Part shown: in pieces, positions 55,251 to 64,000 of the stretch
Position numbering within the stretch: the first letter of the stretch is position 1
Layout of the letters: each line of letters begins with the position of its first letter
The notes under the pieces: model-generated
What the model was told of the DNA's origin: nothing
The model's input: only the letters and a program-made list of their open reading frames with translations
Database searches by the model: none
Source of the DNA: Macrostomum lignano
Lineage: Eukaryota
Length of the DNA: 64,000 nt
Assembly (NCBI GenBank): GCA_002269645.1
Contig: NIVC01000422.1
Span: forward strand, 434,001 to 498,000
Reading direction: 5' to 3'
Position numbers and translations under genes: made by a program

Positions 55251-56845
55251 CTCTCTCCTGAGACACTAAATTCTCTCCTGAGACACTAAACTCTCTCCTG
55301 AGACACTAAACTCTCTCCTGAGACACTAAACTCTCTCCTGGACACTAAAACCTCTCCTGAGACACTAAACTCTCTCCTGAGACACTTGACTCTCTCCTGA
55401 GACACTTGACTCTCTCCTGAGACACTAAACTCTTTCCTGAGACACTAAACTCTCTCCTGAGACACTGAAATCTCTCCTGAGACACTTAACTCTTTCCTGA
55501 GACACTAAACTCTCTCCTGAGACACTTGACTCTCTCCTGAGACACTAAAATCTCTCCTGAGACACTAAACTCTTTCCTGAGACACTAAACTCTCTCCTGA
55601 GACACAAAACTCTCTCCTGAGACACTAAACTCTCTCCTGAGACACTAAACTCTCTCCTGAGACACTAAACTCTCTCCTGAGACACTGAAATCTCTCCTGA
55701 GACACTTAACTCTTTCCTGAGACACTAAACTCTCTCCTGAGACACTTGACTCTCTCCTGAGACACTAAAATCTCTCCTGAGACACTAAACTCTTTCCTGA
55801 GACACTAAACTCTCTCCTGAGACACAAAACTCTCTCCTGAGACACTAAACTCTCTCCTGAGACACTAAACTCTCTCCAGAGACACTAAAATCTCTCCTGA
55901 GACACTAAACTCTCTCCTGAGACACTAAACTCTCTCCTGAGACACTAAACTCTCTCCTGAGACACTAAACCCTCTCCTGAGACACTAAACTCTCTCCTGA
56001 GACACTAAACTCTCTTCTGAGACACTAAACTCTCTTCTGAGACACTAAACTCTCTCCTGAGACACTAAACTCTCTCCTGAGACACTAAACTCTCTTCTGA
56101 GACACTAAAATCTCTCCTGAGACACTAAACCCTCTCCTGAGACACTAAACTCTCTCCTGAGACACTAAACTCTCTCCTGAGACACTAAACTCTCTCCTGA
56201 GACACTAAACTCTCTCCTGAGACACTAAACTCTCTCCCTGAGACACTAAACTCTCTCCTGAGACACTAAACTCTCTCCTGAGACACTAAACTCTCTCCTG
56301 AGACACTAAACTCTCTCCTGAGACACTAAACTCTATCCTGAGACGCTAAACTCTCTCCTGAGACACTAAACTCTCTCCTGAGACACTAAACTCTCTCCTG
56401 AGACACTAAACTCTCTCCTGAGACACTAAACTCTATCCTGAGACGCTAAACTCTCTCCTGAGACACTAAAATCTCTCCTGAGACGCTAAACTCTCTCCTG
56501 AGACGCTAAACTCTCTCCTGAGACACTAAACTCTCTCCTGAGACACTAAACTCTCTCCTGAGACACTAAACTCTATCCTGAGACGCTAAACTCTCTCCTG
56601 AGACACTAAAATCTCTCCTGAGACGCTAAACTCTCTCCTAAGACACTAAACTCTCTTTTGAGACACTAAACTCTCTCCTGAGACACTAAACTCTCTCCTG
56701 AGACACTAAACTCTCTCCCTGAGACACTAAACTCTCTCCTGAGACACTAAACTCTCTCCTGAGACACTAAACTCTCTCCTGAGACGCTAAACTCTCTCCT
56801 GAGACACTAAACTCTCTCCTGAGACACTAAACTCTTTCCTAAGAC
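55245..56845. repeat. 20-nt minisatellite (CTCTCTCCTGAGACACTAAA)n, about 80 units
   Basis: Homogeneous tandem array continuous with the preceding array. Confidence 0.97.
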
Positions 56846-57714
56846 CTTTCCTCGCTGGCTTCCAAATGACTGATTTTGCTGCAATGGCTGTGACAATGGC
56901 CCCAGATAAACATTCCGATTACTTACGAGTCACTTGCTCCCCCTTATCAAGTTGGTTCCCCCCTAGCAACCGCAGTAGCGAGCTTACAATCAGTGACCAT
57001 GGTTTCTTGTGATGATTTTTCTACAAACTGAAAATTTGCGCTGAAAATCCAAATCTATAAAAATGACTGGCCCATAAAAGATTATCTGTTACTTTGCAAA
57101 TAAAAACCTTCATCTGGGATCCTGAGGGAAGCGCTCGGCCCCAAAGCAGCGAGCGAGATGTGGAATCCCCTTGGAAGTTTATTAGAAATTGATAACACGC
57201 TGCTGAATTAAGCTTTGCCTGCGCGACAAACAAGATTGAAAACTTTCACCCGCCTGCGTGCCCTCAGCTGCTGCTGGACAGAAATAGATAGGAATATAGT
57301 TGTTACGGCTGAGACTTCCTGGCTTCATATCGAACAGATTACTCTGCTCTTATCTGGCTTAACTTCGGTCCTCGGAGAGGGAAAGCTTGATGTAGATAAG
57401 AAGCATCGCTTCTGTTTGTCGGTTTCTGCAACAACTGCACCGATTGTAGCTGTATATAGTGGCACTCAGTTGATACAAAATTCAAATAAATATTTTGTCC
57501 CTATGTAACAGTGCCGCTGCAATTCAACCCAAATCTATTCTTTTTCGCAGCGTTTTTGAACAGCAGCACAATCAGTTTTGGCATTTCTGGTCATCGTTAA
57601 TTGGCTGGAGGTAAACAGTAATGTTTACTGCTTACTGGGAGGTCTGGGTACCAGGAATGGTAATGGGACGGTAGGTAAGAAGGTTGATAGGAAATGGAGA
57701 TAGGGAGGCAGCTG

Positions 57715-57990
57715 TAGGAAGGTTAGATAGAAGTTAGAAGTTAGATAGAAGTTAGATAGAAGATAGATAGTAAGGTAGGCAAAAAATAGATATCGGAAGG
57801 TATAGATTCAGGAAGGTAGATAAAGGAAGGTAGATATAAGAAGGTAGATAAAGGAAGGTAGATATAAGAAGGTAGATATAGGAAGGTAGATATAGGAAGG
57901 TAGATATAGATATAGGAAGGTAGACATAGGAAGGTAGATATAGATATAGGAAGGTAGATATAGGAAGGTAGATATAGGAAGGTAGACAGG
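57715..57990. repeat. About 14-nt repeat (AGGAAGGTAGATAT)n
   Basis: Tandem degenerate units. Confidence 0.9.
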
Positions 57991-58544
57991 AGGCAGATCT
58001 TGCCACTGCATTACACTTTGACCCAATTGTGCTAATTAAACAGTTTATAGACGTAAAGCTTCAACTTCCCAAACTTACGAGCTATATACTATATAGTTCG
58101 CTGTTTCGCTTGCGATCTTAGAAAAAGGAAATCCTCCATTGTAGTATGTGATAAATATACGCCTATAGTGTCAGCTTACCCCTGAATGATGGAGCCTGGT
58201 GGGCCAACGTTAATGACTATATCCCAAAACTCTATAGGACTTCTAGATCTGCATGGCCCCGAGGCCAAAACTTACCTGACAAACACAGCGCATATGGCAC
58301 TGAGGCAGGGGTAATGCTGGTAAAGTTTAAGTATTCAATTTATATAACTGTGAGGAATATTTATGCCTTAACCGTAGCAATTAATCATTATTTTTTTAGC
58401 GTATCTGTGCGCGCTTAGGTTAGTTATTTGTTGCGGAAATATACTTTGCGGGCAAGTAGAAAAAGAAGAATAGATAACCCCCTGCAATTCGCTGCATCCA
58501 TCGAGTGCAATATAGAAAGGAAGAAAATCAGAGGAGAGTGTGTG

Positions 58545-59025
58545 AAAGAGGAGAGAGTATAGAGAGTAGAGAGTAGAGAGTAGAGTAGAGAGTAGAGAGT
58601 AGAGAGTAAAGAGTAGAAAGTAGAAAAAAGAGAGTAGAATAGTGAGTTGAGAGTTGAGAGTTGAGAGTAGACAGTAGAGTAGAGAGTAGATAGTGGAGAT
58701 TAGAGCAGAGAGTATATAGTAGAGAGTAGATTAGAAAGTAGACAGTAGAGTAGAGAGTAGAGAGTAGAGAGTAGAGTAGTAGCGCAGAGAGTAGAGAGTA
58801 GAAAGTAGAAAAGAGAGTTTAGTGTTGAGAGTAGAGAGTTGAGAGTAGAGAGTAGACAGTAGAGTAGAGAGTAGATAGTGGAGATTAGAGCAGAGAGTAG
58901 AGTAGAGAATAGATAGTAGAGTAGAAAGTAGATAGTAGAATAGAAAGTAGAGAGTATAGAGAGTATAGAGTAGAGAGACTAGAGTAGATAGTAGAGAGTG
59001 GAGAGTAGAGAGGAGAGAGAGGAGA
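58545..59025. repeat. 7-nt repeat (AGAGTAG)n
   Basis: Degenerate tandem units. Confidence 0.9.
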
Positions 59026-60069
59026 CAAGCAAGCACACAAATGCACTCACAGCCGTATCGGTAGTTCCTCTGTGCCGCAGCTGAAATCCTGTGCACCGGA
59101 TGCTGCTGTTGGTGCTGAGCAAACAGGGAGGCCTCAGATGCAGCCAAATCCATTTCGCCAAAATAAAAAACTTGTTGCTCTGTTTGGCTAAATTACAACA
59201 GCCTCTCAAATAGTAGCAATGGTGTTTAGTAAGTATGTTTTTTGCAGCTCAAACAGCTTAAATAACCCGTACGTGGGGAGAGTTTCGCGTTATCGCGCGT
59301 GCCATTGTTGCCAAGCCTCAGACACAGTGGAGAACTGCTCAGCCAATGAGCAGTGAGCGGCGGAGCCCCCCAGACAGAATTTTACTGGTCGCGGCTCCCG
59401 TATCCAGGCGGTTGGTGGGACCGCTGAGTTTGGCGGCTTGAGCAGCCCGCCCGCCCATGCCCCAATTCTCACTTTCGTTTATCCCACCGGCCATAGTTAC
59501 TAAAATGATCTAGCTCGTAACGCTCGCAATGGAACGGACAGGCCCACCGGTTGAGCGTATAGCAACTCAATTCATTCTTACTGTTGGTCATTTTTTTCAA
59601 CAAAAGAAACAAGAATTGTTGAATTTCGCTAATAACATTTGCCACATATATACGATAGTTTGTTATTATGCTACAAGTAACAGTCAAATAGTGTTCATAA
59701 TAAACAATTTGATAATTATAATGGCTAATGAAACAGCAGGCAAATGCAACAAGTTGTGCTTGCCTGCCTTTGGTGTAACATTTTATTAGCGGTTAAAATG
59801 TTGAGCTGTTTGTTTTTTACTAGTTTGTTGCTAAGTGGCAAGAACAAGAATATGGGGTAGAGTACAGAGTAGGTTACAGTGTAAGTTATAGAGTAGAGTC
59901 TAGAGTCGGTTATAAAGTATGTTGTAAAGTAGATTACAGAGTAGGTTTAGGTTAGGTTACAGATTTACAGAGTATGATACAGAGACCAGAGTGGGTTACA
60001 GAGTAGGCTACATAGTAAACTACAAAGTAGGTTACACAGACGTCAAGAATGTGTATTACAGTTTGCAAA

Positions 60070-60700
60070 GACTTTGAGACAGTAGATTACAAGATTACAC
60101 AGACTTGCAGACAGTAGATTAGAGATTACACAGACTTGGAGACAGTAGATTACAGATTACACAGACTTGGAGACAGTAGATTACAGATTACACAGACTTG
60201 GAGACAGTAGATTACAAGATTACACAGACTTGGAGACAGTAGATTACAGATTACACAGACTTGGAGACAGTAGATTACAGATTACACAGACTTGGAGACA
60301 GTTGATTACAAGATTACACAGACTTGGAGACAGTAGATTACAGATTACACAGACTTGGAGACAGTAGATTACAGATTACACAGACTTGGAGACAGTAGAT
60401 TACAGATTACACAGACTTGGAGACAGTTGATTACAAGATTACACAGACTTGGAGACAGTAGATTACAGATTACACAGACTTGGAGACAGTAGATTACAGA
60501 TTACACAGACTTGGAGACAGTTGATTACAAGATTACACAGACTTGGAGACAGTAGATTACAGATTACACAGACTTGGAGACAGTAGATTACAGATTACAC
60601 AGACTTGGAGACAGTAGATTACAGATTACACAGACTTGGAGACAGTAGATTACAGATTACACAGACTTGGAGACAGTAGATTACAGATTACACAGACTTG
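60070..60700. repeat. 31-32-nt minisatellite (CAGACTTGGAGACAGTAGATTACAGATTACA)n
   Basis: About 20 tandem units. Confidence 0.96.
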
Positions 60701-61761
60701 GGGATTGACATAAAAGGTGCACACAAGTCCAGTCCAGTACAACTCGTACTCAAGCACATGAAGGATAGTCGTTGAGTATTGCTCTAATCCCAGCGCAATG
60801 ATCCCCACTGATATCAGTTGCCTAACTTCGGCTTGCCAAAAATGAACCGTCAGTGGATAAATGAAATGGTGCATTGCGTGTGTGTGTGCCGGTACCCAGT
60901 GTGTTTACATTTATGCGAGCCTGTACATACTATAGCTATACACTGCATTAGTATACGGTATTGCTTCAATTTGGTGCTTGTTGCTAGGTGAAGTGGTTGT
61001 TGTTGTGCAACATTCACGGGAAAGCGACAGCTAATTTTAGTGTTTGCGGCAGGCATGCAGGCAGTCGCTCCCTGCAAGCAGCTCTTGATTATCTCGCAGC
61101 CCAGCGGGAGTGGAGGTCCACAGAACTCCCAAGTGGGAAGAGGTGTAGCTTCGAGTGATTGCGCAATCAAGCAAAACTACAGGTAAGGAGAGGAGAGTCG
61201 CCCACTGTCTTTCCCAACTTCGCGCTGTGAGCACGGGAGTCGGTTGTAACATTTGCTGAGATTTGCTTAAGCCGATAAGATTTATGCTAGTATAAATATA
61301 TGTTAGTTAGTTATTTTCAAGTGGACAATGCACATATATGTATTCTCTGAAAACTTCATGCTGTTTAATTATAAGGTGTGTCCACGAGGACTGGGGCCTT
61401 GGTAACCGATCCAGATGAAGATTAAAGATTAATAATTGTGCTCAGCGGAACAGGGACAAAAACATTTGTGCATTTAAACTGAGAAACTGGGCGGGAAAAG
61501 TGATGAAGCAATTGATGAAGAAAAGATCTTTGCATTGATCTGAGAAGTTGAAGGATGAGGCAGTGTGAGACAATTAGTGAGGCTGCAACAAAAAGGGTAA
61601 AAGATAATGGAGGCACAGAAGTTACTGATGATATCACTTGCTATTGACAGAGTGGAGTCTGCGACATCTGATCTGAGCGACTAAACGAAAGTGATAAAGA
61701 CAAATTGTCTGCTGGCACCTGTTGGTCAGGGCTTGTCAGGTCATGGCAACTGGGACCGGAA

Positions 61762-62328
<567 letters not shown>

Positions 62329-62929
62329 TAACAAAGCACAGAATCGCAGCCAGCCCAGGTCAGCAATGCTGTATAGCAGGGATGCAGACTACACACAGTT
62401 ATTAATCAAGCCGTGGAACCCTGCAACTCGAGTCGAAACTCAGCTTAAGAAGAAACGCGACGCCACTCGAACTGCGCAGGCCACACGTCGCAAGGATATC
62501 CGATGGGTTTGGAGAGTTTAAGCTGACTCTTTGACCGAAGCACAATAAAGAATGAAGCGGATTATCTCTCTATGCTCAAAATCCGTGGCTTTGCAACTGC
62601 TGGACTGTTTGTTAGAGCATTATGCTTGCTGTATAATCACATGTTTGTCCGGTTCTGTGGACATGTTCCTGGAAATCTGTAATGCGAATAGAAATGGATT
62701 AGTTTGATATTTTTCCTCATCTATTCATGCCCAGGCAGCTTATAGAAATATTATATCAATATCTCAAGATGTTCGGAAAGTGCTGTGATGTTCTGAAATA
62801 TGCGACTAATAACTTAAATGTTGTTTTGTTAATTTGGCTGAGTTGCATTTTTGGAGAATTGGAAAGTAGCGGTCTGCTCATGAGGGTGGGCAGTGAGGGG
62901 TGAGGAAACAACTCGTGAGATACGATTGC

Positions 62930-63990
62930 GAGAGAGAGGGAGAGGGGGGCGAGATAGGATAGAGGATAAAGAAGAGACAAGAGATAATAGAGAGGAAATA
63001 TATATAATAGGACAGATGAGAGAGTAGGATTGAAAGTGTAGAGAGTAGAGAGTAGACGGGAGGGAGAAGATACGAGAGGATGAGAGATGAGAGATGAGAG
63101 AGGAGAGAGGAGAGATGAGAGAGGAGAGGTGAGAGATGAGAGAGGAGAGATAAAAGATGAGAGATGAAATATTCGTTCGACCTGTTTTCATTTCATTAAC
63201 ATAATTGCGCGCAATCAGGTAAGCAAATATGTCTATGTAAGCAATCGTTTCAATCGAAACAGATATGAGATGAGAGATGACAGAGACAGAGATAGAAGAG
63301 GATAAAGTAGATAGGAGAAGTGAAGGGGTGGGTGAGACGAATTGAGGATAGAGTATAAAGGAGAGACAAGAGATAAAGGATAAGATAGGGAATGAGTAGA
63401 GAGATGAGAGAAGAAAGATAATAGATATAGGTGAGAGGTGAGCTGATATGAGATATGAGATGTAAGAGAATAGAGATGAGAGAAGAGAGAAGATAGAAGA
63501 GAGATGATAGATGAGAGATGAGAGATGAGCGAGAGATGAGAGAAGAGAGAAGATAGCTGAGAGATGAGAGATGAGCGAGAGATGAGAGAAGAGAGAAGAG
63601 AGAAGATAGCTGAGAGATGAGAGATGAGCGAGAGATGAGAGAAGAGAGAAGAGAGAAGAGAGAAGAGAGATGAGAAATGAGAGATGAGAGATGAGAGATG
63701 AGAGATGAGATAGGAAATGAGTAGAGAGATGAGAGAAGAAAGATAATAGATAGAGGTGAGAGGTGAGCTGATATGAGATATGAGATGTGAGAGAATAGTG
63801 ATGAGAGAAGAGAGAAGATAGAACAGAGATGATAGATGAGAGATGAGAGATGAGCGAGAGATGAGAGAAGAGAGAAGATAGCTGAGAGATGAGAGATGAG
63901 CGAGAGATGAGAGAAGAGAGAAGAGAGAAGAGAGAAGAGAGATGAGAAATGAGAGATGAGAGATGAGAGATGAGAGATGAGAGAGAATAG
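62930..63990. repeat. Purine-rich degenerate repeat (GAGAGAT/GAGAAGA)n
   Basis: 7-nt GA-rich units with a duplicated block (about 63385-63640 and 63720-63960). Confidence 0.9.
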
Positions 63991-64000
63991 GTATTTCACT

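Larger units (their letters stand above)
57255..59187 (-). other. Putative spliced transcript of unknown product; candidate exons 59051-59187, 58276-58316 (41 nt), 58180-58195 (16 nt) and one starting at 57449
   Basis: Strong donors (GCT|gtgagt, CAG|gtaagt, GGG|gtaagc) with pyrimidine-rich acceptors, all on the same strand. The reading frame is ambiguous and no family is recognised. Confidence 0.4.

Noticed and set aside
57010-57045. C/D box snoRNA (GTGATGA...CTGA)
   Set aside because: The boxes are only about 30 nt apart and there is no terminal stem.

Overview
This is eukaryotic, intron-rich DNA from an invertebrate animal; the gene set, H2B variant and heavy minisatellite load suggest a flatworm such as Macrostomum (inference only). 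Genes reconstructed by hand from splice sites: (1) the 5' part of a DYRK4-like kinase (minus strand, runs off position 1); (2) a single-exon secreted knottin-type peptide; (3) a two-exon secreted PAN/Apple + F-type lectin; (4) a complete class II Rab11-FIP (FIP3/4/Nuf-like, plus strand, about 21.3-39.4 kb) with four frame-preserving candidate cassette exons absent from the ORF track; (5) a solo replication-dependent-type histone H2B with its 3' stem-loop; (6) a complete NR4A nuclear receptor (minus strand). Two unrecognised spliced loci are also likely (about 8.8-13.1 kb and 57.3-59.2 kb). Most introns examined are filled by their own tandem array (units 4-84 nt), which explains most long ORFs in the track. 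Mobile elements include a hAT-like MITE family (3 copies, one with TIRs and an 8-bp TSD), array-carrying dispersed elements and a tRNA-derived SINE. The most unusual observations are: three near-perfect histone 3' stem-loops inside a Rab11-FIP intron just before the Rab11-binding exon; a 59-nt array in NR4A intron 1 carrying about 33 copies of a sequence complementary to that intron's own donor site; RFX X-boxes next to the DYRK4 and NR4A starts; and two small secreted-protein genes interleaved with the MITE copies. No prokaryotic system or CRISPR array is present.
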